DNA of 64,000 bases from an uncultured delta proteobacterium (GCA_963727625.1 CAVSHR010000006.1:160001-224000); one strand, 5' to 3'. Shown: positions 14,833 through 27,411, numbered from the stretch's first letter. The notes: generated by a model not told the origin, from the letters alone. Numbers and translations are program-made.

Positions 14833-15726
14833 ATGCCCCAATTCGTAAAAAGATCCCTGCTATTTTGCGTGACCGCCTTCCTGTTAGCCATCCCGCCGCT
14901 GCTCTGGTTGGAAACGGCGCACCGAGATCGCGATGACAAACCGGTGCAGGTTTTGAACGAATATCTTAAATTTCTCTACGCGCGCGATTTTCGCCACGCT
15001 TACCAATTCATTTCCGCCGAGGATCGCCGGTTAAAATCTCAAAACGATTACGTGCGCGAGCGCGGTCCGTTTACCGGCTTCACTCTAGAGGTAGCGCGCA
15101 AGCTCTCCAGCCTGATTGAAGCGCGTCCGGTCGCCCAACAGCCGGATGGCAACCGGAGTCGCGTCCGTCTGGACTTAAAACTTCCCGACGCCAACGCGGT
15201 TTCCGGATTATTGCTCGATTGGGACGAGCAACGCCTCAATAGTTTGCCGGCGTCGCAGCAGCGAAAAATCCTTTCTGCCATTGACGCGCTGAGCCGTGAA
15301 AATAAATTGCCCATGGTCGAAGGCGAAGAGGAGTTTGTTCTGGTTCGAGAAAGTTCCCGCTGGAAAATCTACCTTAACTGGGCGGCCGGCGTGCGCGTCA
15401 ATTTTGCGACCACGCTTCCAGCCAATGGATTGCTCGCGGCGGCGCCGACGATTAAGGAAACCGTCGCCCGCTCCGGAGACCTATTCACGATCGGATTTAA
15501 AGTAACAAACCGCAGCCCGAGCGAGATCATCACAAGAATCGTGCACAGGATTGAACCCAAAGATTTGGCGCCCTATCTGGATCTGGTTGAATGCGCTCTG
15601 TTGCTGCCGGTGCGGCTGCGCCCCGGCGAAGAGCAAGTTTTCAACAGCACCTATGTCGTGCGTGGCGACCTGCCCGATGGCAGCAAAGCTTTCAATGTAA
15701 CCTATGAATTTCAAATCGTACGTTAA
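14833..15726 (+). CDS. Membrane-anchored protein with a C-terminal CtaG/Cox11-like domain
   Basis: N-terminal TM; C-terminal YLDLVECALLLPVRLRPGEEQ...TYEF resembles the Cox11 beta-sandwich; adjacent to SCO. Confidence 0.55.
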   Translation: MPQFVKRSLLFCVTAFLLAIPPLLWLETAHRDRDDKPVQVLNEYLKFLYARDFRHAYQFISAEDRRLKSQNDYVRERGPFTGFTLEVARKLSSLIEARPVAQQPDGNRSRVRLDLKLPDANAVSGLLLDWDEQRLNSLPASQQRKILSAIDALSRENKLPMVEGEEEFVLVRESSRWKIYLNWAAGVRVNFATTLPANGLLAAAPTIKETVARSGDLFTIGFKVTNRSPSEIITRIVHRIEPKDLAPYLDLVECALLLPVRLRPGEEQVFNSTYVVRGDLPDGSKAFNVTYEFQIVR

Positions 15727-16324
15727 TCGGCGAATTTTGATGGTTCTGCTCGGCGTCATCTTATTGCCGACGGCGGGCTTTGCGCATGTTCCGATACCGC
15801 CCAAAGAGCCCGGCGACATCGGCCGAAGGTTGGTCAATACACCGGTGTCCGGTTTCAGGCTTACCGATCAAGACGGCAAGCCGTTTCGCTTCGCCGCGGC
15901 GCGCGGCAAGCTGACCCTGGTTACTTTTGTCTTCACCGCCTGCCCCGATGTCTGTCCGCTGCTGACTGCCAAGTTCGCCGCGATCCAGAGGACGCTCGAT
16001 GCAAAGCAGGTCAATGACTATTTGCTGCTGACTATTACTACCGACCCCGAGCGCGATAGCGCAGCGGTATTGAAAGAATATGCCGGGCGCTTTAAGGCCG
16101 ACTTCCGGCACTGGTCTTTTCTAACCGGAACGCGCAGCGAGCTTGCCAAAGTCTGGAGAAATTTTCGGGTCAACGTCACTAAAACCCAGTCCGGGGACGT
16201 TAATCACACGACCTTGACGACTCTCATCGATCGTCAGGGCAAGCGGCGCGTCGATTATTATGGCGACAAATGGCAGGATAGGGAAGTTCTTAAAGATATC
16301 CAATGGCTCGCTACATCCCAATAA
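15704..16324 (+). CDS. SCO/SenC-family copper chaperone (second copy)
   Basis: FTACPDVCP and VNHT motifs. Confidence 0.9.
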   Translation: MNFKSYVNRRILMVLLGVILLPTAGFAHVPIPPKEPGDIGRRLVNTPVSGFRLTDQDGKPFRFAAARGKLTLVTFVFTACPDVCPLLTAKFAAIQRTLDAKQVNDYLLLTITTDPERDSAAVLKEYAGRFKADFRHWSFLTGTRSELAKVWRNFRVNVTKTQSGDVNHTTLTTLIDRQGKRRVDYYGDKWQDREVLKDIQWLATSQ

Positions 16325-16887
16325 ACACCGGAAGAGTTGTATACGCGGTTGCCGCACTGGTATTCGTTTTCTGCATTATTGCGGCGTCGGCGATTGCGGC
16401 GGGGCGCGATCAGGGTGTGCTCGAGATCCAGGTCAAAGATCACCGCGAGGCCATCGGCGATTTCGCCAAGTTCGGCATCACCATTGACAAAATCTCGATC
16501 AGCCCAAAGCCCGGGCTGATGTTTTGGCAAACCGGCTGGGAAGATCTGATTCCATCGACTCCTACGGTAGATCTTACTCAATACGTCGGCAAAACAGCCC
16601 GAGTCTTTCACGCCGCGATCAAGGCCGGCGCGTTTGACGCCTTTCACGTAAAAATCAAGAGCATCGCCGCAGTGCTCAAGAAAAAACCGCGCAACGCGCC
16701 GGTCAAAAATACCTTGGGACCGGTAAAACTGTCCTTCGAGGTTCCCATCGAAGGCGAAACGGTTTTAATTCTCGATCTCGTCGTCACCGATTTTTCCGAC
16801 CATCCACCGCGCGGCTACGAACTAGGAATCAAGGGATACGAGCTCTACACTAACGGCAAACTGATTGATAAAGTTCCACCGGGATAA
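16303..16887 (+). CDS. Exported hypothetical protein (DUF4382-like)
   Basis: Signal peptide; GVLEIQVKD...VDLTQY pattern. Confidence 0.55.
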   Translation: MARYIPINTGRVVYAVAALVFVFCIIAASAIAAGRDQGVLEIQVKDHREAIGDFAKFGITIDKISISPKPGLMFWQTGWEDLIPSTPTVDLTQYVGKTARVFHAAIKAGAFDAFHVKIKSIAAVLKKKPRNAPVKNTLGPVKLSFEVPIEGETVLILDLVVTDFSDHPPRGYELGIKGYELYTNGKLIDKVPPG

Positions 16888-17033
16888 ACGCCGGACCAAA
16901 TTGTTTAACCAGCCCGCTTAATCTCGCCGCACAACGCGGAGTCGAGATAAAGTTTGTCATGCTCGCAAAGCAAAAAGGCTCCGCAAGCAGATAACTTCCA
17001 GAGCCTTCAGGTAATATGAGCAGGGGAGCTTAG

Positions 17034-19511
<2,478 letters not shown>

Positions 19512-19585
19512 GGGCTGACCTCCAACGGCACAAAACCCCAAAATTAATCAATCTTGTATAACGAATACGAGGGGGGGATTCAACC

Positions 19586-19861
19586 TTACTCGTGTTCATT
19601 GAATCGATGGTCGATAAGCTTTTCGATCGCCCTAACGGCACGTTCGGCGTCTTCGCCGTTCGCGTCCACTTGAATTTTGCTGCCTTGAGGCGCAGCCAGG
19701 GTCAAGACTCCCATGATGCTCCGGCCGTCGGTCGTTTGGCCGTCTTTGGAGAAATTCACCTGGGCGGAGAACTTGTTGACCGTCTGCACCAATAAAGCGG
19801 CGGCGCGCGCGTGTAAACCGAGTTTATTTTTGATTTCCAGCTTCTTGACGACCTTGCTCAT
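19586..19861 (-). CDS. ptsH: HPr/NPr phosphocarrier
   Basis: GLHARAA and GRSIMGV motifs. Confidence 0.92.
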   Translation of the reverse strand: MSKVVKKLEIKNKLGLHARAAALLVQTVNKFSAQVNFSKDGQTTDGRSIMGVLTLAAPQGSKIQVDANGEDAERAVRAIEKLIDHRFNEHE

Positions 19862-19865
19862 GGTT

Positions 19866-20732
19866 TTATTTGTCCACGTCCCGATGTTTGGCATGTATCC
19901 AAAAGCCGCCGTCGCCGAATCTTTTTTTGAGCTCTTCGACCAAAACAACCGAACGGTGTCGGCCGCCCGTGCAGCCCAGCGCGAGGGTCAAACTGCTCTT
20001 CCCCTCGCGCTCATAAAGCGGCAAGGCAAATTCAAGAAGCGCGAATAGCCGTTCGAGAAAGGCCCGCGTCTCGGCATCGCCAAGTAAATAATCACGCACG
20101 GCCGAATCGAAGCCGCTTTGCTCGCGCAGTTCGTTGACGAAATAGGGATTCGGCAGAAACCGCACGTCGAGAATCATGTCGGCATCGTGAGGGATGCCGT
20201 ATTTGTAACCAAAAGAGGTAAAAAATAAAGCCATCCGGCGCGCCGCCGCAGTTTGGCAAAATTGCTGCTCCATTTCGCGCTTAAGCTGGTGCACGTTAAA
20301 ATCACTTGTATCAATCACCTTGTCGGCCAAGGCGCGGATCGGCGCCAAGGCCTTCCTCTCGCGCGAAATGCCGTCTTGGATCGAACCCTCGCTCGCGAGC
20401 GGATGCGGCCGGCGGGTTTCGCTGAAACGGCGCAACAACACATCATCGGACGCGTCGAAAAAAAGAACCTGAATGTGGTGGCCCGCGGCGCGCACCTCGG
20501 CAAGCACTTGGGGTAAGGCCTTCAAGAACTGGCCGCCACGCAGGTCGACGCCGAGCCCGATGCGCCGGATTTCTTCCTGATAGCCCCGGCAAAGATCGAT
20601 AAACTTCGGAATCAGTGGCGCGGGTAGATTGTCGACGCAAAAGTACCCGTTATCCTCGAGGGCGCGAATGGCGAAACTTCTCCCGGACCCCGAAAGACCG
20701 GTGATAATGATGATGTCCAAGCCGTCGGCCAT
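19866..20732 (-). CDS. rapZ: RNase adapter RapZ (YvcJ)
   Basis: TGLSGSGRS, VDNLP, DVRFLPNP and GCTGGRHRSV. Confidence 0.95.
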   Translation of the reverse strand: MADGLDIIIITGLSGSGRSFAIRALEDNGYFCVDNLPAPLIPKFIDLCRGYQEEIRRIGLGVDLRGGQFLKALPQVLAEVRAAGHHIQVLFFDASDDVLLRRFSETRRPHPLASEGSIQDGISRERKALAPIRALADKVIDTSDFNVHQLKREMEQQFCQTAAARRMALFFTSFGYKYGIPHDADMILDVRFLPNPYFVNELREQSGFDSAVRDYLLGDAETRAFLERLFALLEFALPLYEREGKSSLTLALGCTGGRHRSVVLVEELKKRFGDGGFWIHAKHRDVDK

Positions 20733-20738
20733 AGCCGT

Positions 20739-21200
20739 TCAAAACTTCTCATCCTCTTCGGCGATGATCGTATAGAGATCCTGCGCGGTTTCGCCGGCGA
20801 TCAAACGGCGGCGAAATTCTTCGTCTTTAAGCAGTCGAGAAATTCGCGCTAAGGCCTTCAGGTGGTCGGCTGCGGCGTTTTCCGGCGCGATCAAAGCGAA
20901 AAACAGATGCGTCGGCTCGCCGTCGAGGGAGGCAAAATCCACTCCCTCCGCGCTGCGCGCGAACGCTCCCAGCACGCGGTCCACCCCGGCGAGTTTGCCA
21001 TGCGGGATCGCGACTCCCTCGCCGATCGCGGTCGTGCTGATTTTTTCGCGCTCCTGGAGCACATCAAGCACGAGTTTTTTGTCTAATTGCGGGTGAGCGG
21101 AAGCCAACCAACCGGCGATTTCGTCGAGCACGGCGTTTTTCTCCCTACTTTTAAGCTCCGGAATGACGGATCGGACGGTGAGAAAATCGGTGATCTTCAC
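20739..21200 (-). CDS. ptsN: PTS IIA-Ntr-like protein
   Basis: TTAIGEGVAIPHG motif. Confidence 0.92.
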   Translation of the reverse strand: MKITDFLTVRSVIPELKSREKNAVLDEIAGWLASAHPQLDKKLVLDVLQEREKISTTAIGEGVAIPHGKLAGVDRVLGAFARSAEGVDFASLDGEPTHLFFALIAPENAAADHLKALARISRLLKDEEFRRRLIAGETAQDLYTIIAEEDEKF

Positions 21201-21514
21201 GCGTTCGACCTTTTTCGCTTAAGCTTGGTTTTTTCTTTTTGTTTCTTGATCTGCCGCTCGATCTTGTCGATGGTCAAATCGATCGCCGCATATAAGTCTT
21301 GGTTCTCTTCTTTGCCGTGCAACGTTGCACCGTGGGCATGCAGTTCCACTTCGGCCAACTGGCATTCTCTCGATTCCACTGCGAGAATCACGTGGGCATC
21401 CAGCGGACGGGAAAAAAATTTGCCAATGCGGTGAAGTTTCTGCTCGACATACTGCTTCAAGGCCTCGGTCGGTTCAATATGCCGAAAAGTGACTGAAACT
21501 TTTATTTCGCTCAT
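21197..21514 (-). CDS. hpf: Ribosome hibernation factor (short form)
   Basis: VTFRHIEPTEALKQY...DLYAAIDLTIDKIERQ; start MSEIK at 21514. Confidence 0.9.
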   Translation of the reverse strand: MSEIKVSVTFRHIEPTEALKQYVEQKLHRIGKFFSRPLDAHVILAVESRECQLAEVELHAHGATLHGKEENQDLYAAIDLTIDKIERQIKKQKEKTKLKRKRSNA

Positions 21515-21536
21515 GAATGCTTCAGCTCCCTGAAAA

Positions 21537-23012
21537 TTATTTGCGCAGGAAAGGTTGGCGGCGCCTTGAAGAAGGAAGGATACCCATGGCCTCGCGATAT
21601 TTCGCCACGGTGCGCCGCGCGATATCGATGGAATCGATCGATAACATGGCGGCGATGTGTTGATCACTGTACGGCTTGCGCGGATCTTCGGCACCTATGA
21701 TGCCGCGAATTTTCTCTTTGACGCTTTCACTCGCCACATCCTCCCCGTTGCCGCCTTTGAGACCGCTCTGGAAAAAGAATTTGAGCTCGAAGAGCCCCTG
21801 GGGCGTGTGCACGTATTTGTTAGCGGTGGCGCGGCTCACGGTGGACTCATGCATGTGAATATCTTCGGCCACGTCGCGAAGCACCATCGGCTTGAGGTGG
21901 CTGACCCCGTGGTCGAGGAACTCCTGTTGGACCTTGAAGATGCTTTGCGTGACTCGAAAAAGTGTCTGTTGGCGCTGCTGGATGCTCTTGATCAACCAAG
22001 TCGCGGCGCGCACTTTTTCCTGCAAGTACTGCCGCGCTTGTTCTTCCTCCGCTCCCTCTTGGCCGGCCATGCGCCGATAGAGCGAGCTCACGCGCAGCCG
22101 CGGCACGCCGTCGTCGTTTAAATAAATGTGAAATTCGTCGCCGATTTTTTCGACGAAGACATCGGGCAGCACGGTGCGAACCTCATCCTGCTCGAAGCCG
22201 CGCGACGGTTTGGGCTCGAGGGACGCGATCAGGTGCGCCGCCTCGGCGATCTCGTCGATGGTAATGCCCAAATCCTTGGCCAACTTTTCGTATCTTTTCG
22301 ACTCGAGGAAACTTAGGTAATCGGCGACGATCTTCGCCGCCAGGCTGTCGATCAGTTGTAAGTTTTCCAGCTGAACCAGCAAGCATTCGCGCAGGCCGCG
22401 CGCGGCAACCCCGACCGGGTCGAAAAACTGAACGCGTTTTAGAACACTCTCGAACTCTTCCGGGCTGCTTTCCGTGGCGTTGCAGATCTCTTCGCCGCTG
22501 AGCGCCAGATAGCCATTTTCGTCGAGGTTCTGGATGATATACTGGCCGATTGCCGATTCTCGCTCAGTGATTTTGGAAAGACGCAACTGCCATATCAAAT
22601 GATCTTCCAAGGTGGTTTTCTTCGTCAGGCTGTTTTCCCATGACGGCGGCGAGTCGCCGTCTTCCGCCGTGGCTTCCGCCGTGAGCGAACCATGGATGGA
22701 ATTGGAATGGGTGTCGAGATATTCCTGCCAATCCAGCGTGCCGATCTTATCGACCGCCGAAAGCTCGCGGTTGACAACCAACTCTGCAGCATCGGGCGCG
22801 GCATTCTCTGGAATTTCGTTGCGCGGCTGCTCGCTGCTCTCGGCGTCTTCGCCAGGGCCTTCTTCCAAGGCGGGATTTTCCTGCAGCTCTTTTGACACCA
22901 TCTCTTCTAATTCGACGCGGGATAACTGCAATAGCTTGATCGCTTGCTGCAGCTGCGGCGTCATCACCAGTTGTTGGGCGAGCTTTTGAACCTGTCGGAT
23001 TTCGAGAGCCAT
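21537..23012 (-). CDS. rpoN: RNA polymerase sigma-54 factor
   Basis: MTPQLQQAIKLLQL, HESTVSR and the RpoN box ARRTVAKYR. Confidence 0.98.
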   Translation of the reverse strand: MALEIRQVQKLAQQLVMTPQLQQAIKLLQLSRVELEEMVSKELQENPALEEGPGEDAESSEQPRNEIPENAAPDAAELVVNRELSAVDKIGTLDWQEYLDTHSNSIHGSLTAEATAEDGDSPPSWENSLTKKTTLEDHLIWQLRLSKITERESAIGQYIIQNLDENGYLALSGEEICNATESSPEEFESVLKRVQFFDPVGVAARGLRECLLVQLENLQLIDSLAAKIVADYLSFLESKRYEKLAKDLGITIDEIAEAAHLIASLEPKPSRGFEQDEVRTVLPDVFVEKIGDEFHIYLNDDGVPRLRVSSLYRRMAGQEGAEEEQARQYLQEKVRAATWLIKSIQQRQQTLFRVTQSIFKVQQEFLDHGVSHLKPMVLRDVAEDIHMHESTVSRATANKYVHTPQGLFELKFFFQSGLKGGNGEDVASESVKEKIRGIIGAEDPRKPYSDQHIAAMLSIDSIDIARRTVAKYREAMGILPSSRRRQPFLRK

Positions 23013-23014
23013 AA

Positions 23015-23737
23015 TTAAAACTTGAAGCCTTCTCCCAGGTAGAATTTGCGCGCTTTGGCGCTCGCGGCGATAGTTTCCGGCGTGCCCTCTTCCAGCACGA
23101 CCCCTTCATTGACGATGTAGGCCCGGTCGCAGATTCCAAGCGTTTCCCGAACATTATGGTCGGTGATCAGAATTCCGATGCCGCTGTTAATCAGCCGGCG
23201 CACAATTTTCTGAATCTCGGCCACGGCAATCGGGTCGATGCCGGTAAAAGGCTCGTCGAGCAGTAGGAAATAGGGCGACAGCACCAGCGCTCGGGCAATT
23301 TCGACTCTGCGGCGCTCGCCGCCGGATAGGGTGATCGCCTTATGGGTTGCCAGGTGGGTGACACCGAGCATTTTCATCAACGCGTCGCCCCGTTCTTGCT
23401 GCTCCGCGGCGCTCAGTTCGAGGGTCTGAAGAATCGCCCGTAAATTTTCCTCGACGGTGAGCTGACGAAAGACCGACGATTCTTGCGGCAAGTAACTGAT
23501 CCCGGCCCGCGCTCGCTCATGAATCGGCGCGCCGGTTAAATCCTCATCGTTCATGAGCACTTTCCCGTCGTCGGGCTGAATCAAACCGACCATCATATGA
23601 AACGTAGTAGTTTTGCCGGCGCCATTCGGACCGAGCAAGCCGACGACCTCGCCGCCCTTCACCTCCAAGTTGATTCCGTTCACCACGAGCCGACCGCCGT
23701 AGGATTTGGCCACCGACGCCGCTTTGAGGACGCTCAT
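23015..23737 (-). CDS. lptB: LPS export ABC ATPase
   Basis: GPNGAGKTT, YLPQE, LSGGERRR and DEPF. Confidence 0.96.
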   Translation of the reverse strand: MSVLKAASVAKSYGGRLVVNGINLEVKGGEVVGLLGPNGAGKTTTFHMMVGLIQPDDGKVLMNDEDLTGAPIHERARAGISYLPQESSVFRQLTVEENLRAILQTLELSAAEQQERGDALMKMLGVTHLATHKAITLSGGERRRVEIARALVLSPYFLLLDEPFTGIDPIAVAEIQKIVRRLINSGIGILITDHNVRETLGICDRAYIVNEGVVLEEGTPETIAASAKARKFYLGEGFKF

Positions 23738-24306
23738 TTTTCCTTGGCATCCTTTTGCTCCCCACCCTTGAGCTCATCCGGAAATATTGTCGCTTGCACG
23801 CGAACTTTGCCATCGCCTTCGGCGATCGCCTTATCCTTTTCCATGTAGTACACGACCTTGACGCCACTCACCTGATTGTTACCCTGGCGCATGACGGGAC
23901 TACCGGTAAGCGTGACGGTCTTGGATTGATCGTCGAAGACCAACTTGTTGGCCGTAGCGACGCGATTGCCCTGTGTCGCATTCACTTTGCCTTCGGCGAT
24001 GATCTGCTTCATTTGCTTCATCTCAGGGTCATAATAGGCGGTGAGAGTCTCGCTGCGCATCGTCATGTCATTTTGAATCGTGACAACCCGACCCTTGTAG
24101 GTGATGGTATTCTGGTTCTGGTCGACTTCCATCCAATCCGCGGTGATATAAATCGGATCCTTCCTGTTGAATTCGAACGCTGGAGGGCTCTTCTTCTCAT
24201 CTTTTTTAGCGTCCTCCTTAGCCGCCCCGGGGGCGTTGGCTGCCACCACCGGGCGGCAGAGAAAAGCCAAAACAAAAACTAGTGAGACGATCACTGCGCG
24301 CGCCAT
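23734..24306 (-). CDS. lptA: LPS transport periplasmic protein
   Basis: OstA-like beta-jellyroll (PIYITAD, LTGSP) between lptC and lptB. Confidence 0.88.
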   Translation of the reverse strand: MARAVIVSLVFVLAFLCRPVVAANAPGAAKEDAKKDEKKSPPAFEFNRKDPIYITADWMEVDQNQNTITYKGRVVTIQNDMTMRSETLTAYYDPEMKQMKQIIAEGKVNATQGNRVATANKLVFDDQSKTVTLTGSPVMRQGNNQVSGVKVVYYMEKDKAIAEGDGKVRVQATIFPDELKGGEQKDAKEK

Positions 24307-24310
24307 CTTA

Positions 24311-24937
24311 TTATCCCCCGACCCGCTGGCTTGCGGAAGCTATATTTTTTTTCTTTGCCAACTTTTCGGGCTCAATTTTAGTTTTCACGTTCCGAATCAC
24401 ACGAATTTTTTTAGCCTCCAATTCGACTTCCATTCTGGACCCTTCTAAAGCGATCCCATCGCCGACTACGGTGGTATGGCTTGGCAGCACAATCTGATCC
24501 TTGGCCGGCAGATAATTGGCTTGCTCCGCCTTGAGCACATAGCCCTGAAAAGAAACCTGAACACCGCCGCGAAGCTCCATTCTATCCAATTCTCTTTCAT
24601 TTAGATAAATGAGCGCTTCTTCCCCCTGGGTCTCGGCCACCTCGCCTTTTTTGTCGTAGTAGTAAAACCTGGGTTTTTTGATCACGGCCTCCTTTTGTTC
24701 TTTGAAATAGTTTGCCTCGTCGCCGAAGAGCTCCCACACTTTGCGTCCGTCTTCGATCTTGGAGCGGTGGAAATCCTTCATGTGCAGGGCCGATTCAGGA
24801 AGGTAATCAAGCGCTTTCATGGGGTTGGTTTTAAATTCTTTTTGCACGTTACGAACGATGCCGGCCACCTTATAGCCCACCCCCCCTAAAGATAGCAGGA
24901 TCGCCAACAGCAATACCGAGCGTCTAGTTACATGCAT
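24311..24937 (-). CDS. lptC: LPS export protein LptC
   Basis: N-terminal TM plus beta-rich domain; synteny. Confidence 0.8.
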   Translation of the reverse strand: MHVTRRSVLLLAILLSLGGVGYKVAGIVRNVQKEFKTNPMKALDYLPESALHMKDFHRSKIEDGRKVWELFGDEANYFKEQKEAVIKKPRFYYYDKKGEVAETQGEEALIYLNERELDRMELRGGVQVSFQGYVLKAEQANYLPAKDQIVLPSHTTVVGDGIALEGSRMEVELEAKKIRVIRNVKTKIEPEKLAKKKNIASASQRVGG

Positions 24938-24957
24938 GGTGTTTCACCTAAAATGCA

Positions 24958-24986
24958 AAAGTAACACTCTTAGGGACAGCTGTAAA
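24958..24986 (-). promoter_or_regulatory. Internal sigma70 promoter for lptC-lptA-lptB-rpoN
   Basis: TTTACA-17 bp-TACTTT. Confidence 0.5.
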
Positions 24987-25034
24987 GGAATCGGCACGAA
25001 ATTTGCTTTGTGCGACTAACAATTCATCCGGAAA

Positions 25035-25568
25035 TCAACCAAGCTGGGCTATTGCCGCCGTCCACTTACCTTGAACTTTCATCAATAATTCGGCTACTTC
25101 ACGAACCGCGCCGGCGCCGCCTTTTGCATTGGTGACATAATCCACGACCGAGCCAAGTCCGGGCCAAGCATCGGCCACTGAAACCGCTAAGCCAGCTTGT
25201 CGGAGAATCGCAAGATCGACGATATCGTCCCCAATGTAAGCAATTTGGTTATCTTTGAGAGCCCGTCGCCGCTTGATCTCGTTGTAGGTGGCAAGCTTGT
25301 CGCGCACGCCCTGACGGACCAGGCCGATGCCCAGCTCGTTGGCCCGGTGGCGCACGCTCTGAGAGGAACGCGAAGTGATGATACCGACGTCTATGCCTGA
25401 GCGTAGAAGCAAGGAAATGCCTTGCCCGTCGCGCACGTGAAAGTGCTTGGTTTCGACACCGCGGTCATCGATGATGATTCGGCCATCGGTGAGGACACCG
25501 TCCACGTCAAGGAGAAGCAAGACAATGCTTTTGGCTTTCGAGCGCACGCCCGAGGAAATACGATTCAC
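25035..25568 (-). CDS. kdsC: KDO-8-phosphate phosphatase
   Basis: LDVDGVLTDG, YIGDD and GGAGAVRE; likely GTG start at 25568. Confidence 0.92.
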   Translation of the reverse strand: MNRISSGVRSKAKSIVLLLLDVDGVLTDGRIIIDDRGVETKHFHVRDGQGISLLLRSGIDVGIITSRSSQSVRHRANELGIGLVRQGVRDKLATYNEIKRRRALKDNQIAYIGDDIVDLAILRQAGLAVSVADAWPGLGSVVDYVTNAKGGAGAVREVAELLMKVQGKWTAAIAQLG

Positions 25569-25575
25569 CGAGAGC

Positions 25576-26556
25576 TTAAATCCCTGTCTTGAGTATATCG
25601 TGGAGATGAATGATGCCGATCGGCTTGCACTCGCGGTCGAGCACGAAAAGTGCGGTGATGGGCCGCGGCAAATTCTCTTCCATTTGAGCAAAGGCCTGGG
25701 CTGCGAGAACCTCTTTTTCAATGGTGCGCGGATTAGCCGTCATCACTTCGCCCGCGCTCTTATGGAGGATACCGTCGCCATGGGTCTGTAAGCCGCGGCG
25801 CAGATCGCCGTCGGTAATGACACCGATCAAAGTGCCACTGGCATCGATCACCCCGGTAACTCCCAAGCGTTTTGAAGTAATCTCGAACAGCGCTTCTTTA
25901 ACCGGTGTGTCCTGGCAGACCAGGGGAAGTTCTTCGGCTCTGTGCATCAAATCTTCAACACGTAAAATTAATCTCCGGCCCAGAATGCCACCGGGATGAC
26001 GCACCGCGAAGTCTTCTTCCTTAAAACCCTTTTCTTCGAGCAACACCACCGCCAGGGCGTCGCCCATCGCCAGCGCAACCGTAGTACTCGCTGTCGGCGC
26101 TAGGCCCAAGGGGCAAGCCTCCTCTTTCACCCTGACATTCAAGACGACATCACCGGCCTTGGCCAGCGATGAATCAGGATTGCCGGTCATAACGATCAAT
26201 TTGTTACCATTAATCGTGAAATGTGGCAGCAGCTTTAGAATCTCGTCGGTCTCGCCGCTATTCGAAACTGCCAAAACCACGTCGCAGCTCATGACCATGC
26301 CGAGATCGCCGTGAACCGCGTCGCCGGAATGGAGAAAAAATGCCGGTGTACCCGTGCTGGCGAGCGTCGCGGCAATTTTATGACAAATCAAGCCGGACTT
26401 CCCCAACCCTGTGACGACAACCTTACCGCGGCAATCGCGCAGCAATTCGACCGCGCGAACAAAATTTTCGTCGAGCCGTTCGATAATCGATAAAATTCCC
26501 TGCGACTCGATGCGCAGCACATCCGCCGCACGCTTGAGAATCTCACCATTCTTCAC
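25576..26556 (-). CDS. kdsD: Arabinose-5-phosphate isomerase (SIS plus CBS)
   Basis: GLGKSG, HGDLG, EACPLGLAPTASTT and HPGG. Confidence 0.95.
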   Translation of the reverse strand: MKNGEILKRAADVLRIESQGILSIIERLDENFVRAVELLRDCRGKVVVTGLGKSGLICHKIAATLASTGTPAFFLHSGDAVHGDLGMVMSCDVVLAVSNSGETDEILKLLPHFTINGNKLIVMTGNPDSSLAKAGDVVLNVRVKEEACPLGLAPTASTTVALAMGDALAVVLLEEKGFKEEDFAVRHPGGILGRRLILRVEDLMHRAEELPLVCQDTPVKEALFEITSKRLGVTGVIDASGTLIGVITDGDLRRGLQTHGDGILHKSAGEVMTANPRTIEKEVLAAQAFAQMEENLPRPITALFVLDRECKPIGIIHLHDILKTGI

Positions 26557-27389
26557 GGCTGGCCGCCTTGCTTGACCATGGCGTCGATCTCTTTGACCAC
26601 CTTGAGCAGGCTTTCAAAATGGCCCAAGTCAAGCGAATTGGGCCCGTCGCTCAGGGCATGATCGGGATCTTCATGGACCTCCAGGAACAGCGCATCGATG
26701 CCGACCGCCACTCCGGCCCGGGCCAATGCGGGAATATATTTGCGCTCGCCGCCCGACGCGTTGCCGAGACCGCCTGGCAGTTGGAGGCTGTGGGTGGCGT
26801 CGAACACTACCGGGTAGCCGAGCTCGCCCATGACCACCAGCGAGCGCATATCGGAAACCAAATTGTTGTAGCCGAAGGACGCGCCCCGCTCGGTCAAAAG
26901 AATTTGCTCGTTGCCGGTGGAAATAATTTTGTCGATGATGTTGCGCATGTCCCACGGGGCCAGGAATTGCCCCTTTTTGACATTCACGACTCGGCCGGAA
27001 TTCGCCACCGCCAGCACGAAATCGGTCTGGCGGCACAGAAAGGCGGGGATTTGTAGAATGTCGGCGACCTCGCGAACCGGCGCCACTTGATCGATTTCAT
27101 GAACGTCGGTCAGTACTGGCACGCCGATCTTGGCTTTTACCTCGGCGAGGATCTCTAGGCCTTTTTCCAATCCCGGGCCGCGAAAAGAATTCACCGAAGA
27201 GCGATTGGCTTTGTCGTAAGAAGACTTGAAGATATAAGGCACGCCGACATGATCGGCTTTCTCTTTGAGCGCGGCGGCGTGGCGCAGCGCCGACTCTTGA
27301 CTTTCGATCACACAGGGACCGGCGATCACGGCGAGGGGTAAACCAGCGCCGATTTTGAGCTGCCCAACCTTGACTGCCTTACTCGCCAT
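26553..27389 (-). CDS. kdsA: KDO-8-phosphate synthase
   Basis: GPCVIE, DKANRSS, IPAFLCRQT and KKGQF. Confidence 0.97.
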   Translation of the reverse strand: MASKAVKVGQLKIGAGLPLAVIAGPCVIESQESALRHAAALKEKADHVGVPYIFKSSYDKANRSSVNSFRGPGLEKGLEILAEVKAKIGVPVLTDVHEIDQVAPVREVADILQIPAFLCRQTDFVLAVANSGRVVNVKKGQFLAPWDMRNIIDKIISTGNEQILLTERGASFGYNNLVSDMRSLVVMGELGYPVVFDATHSLQLPGGLGNASGGERKYIPALARAGVAVGIDALFLEVHEDPDHALSDGPNSLDLGHFESLLKVVKEIDAMVKQGGQP

Positions 27390-27411
27390 AGGAACACAAA
27401 AAGAGCTGGAG

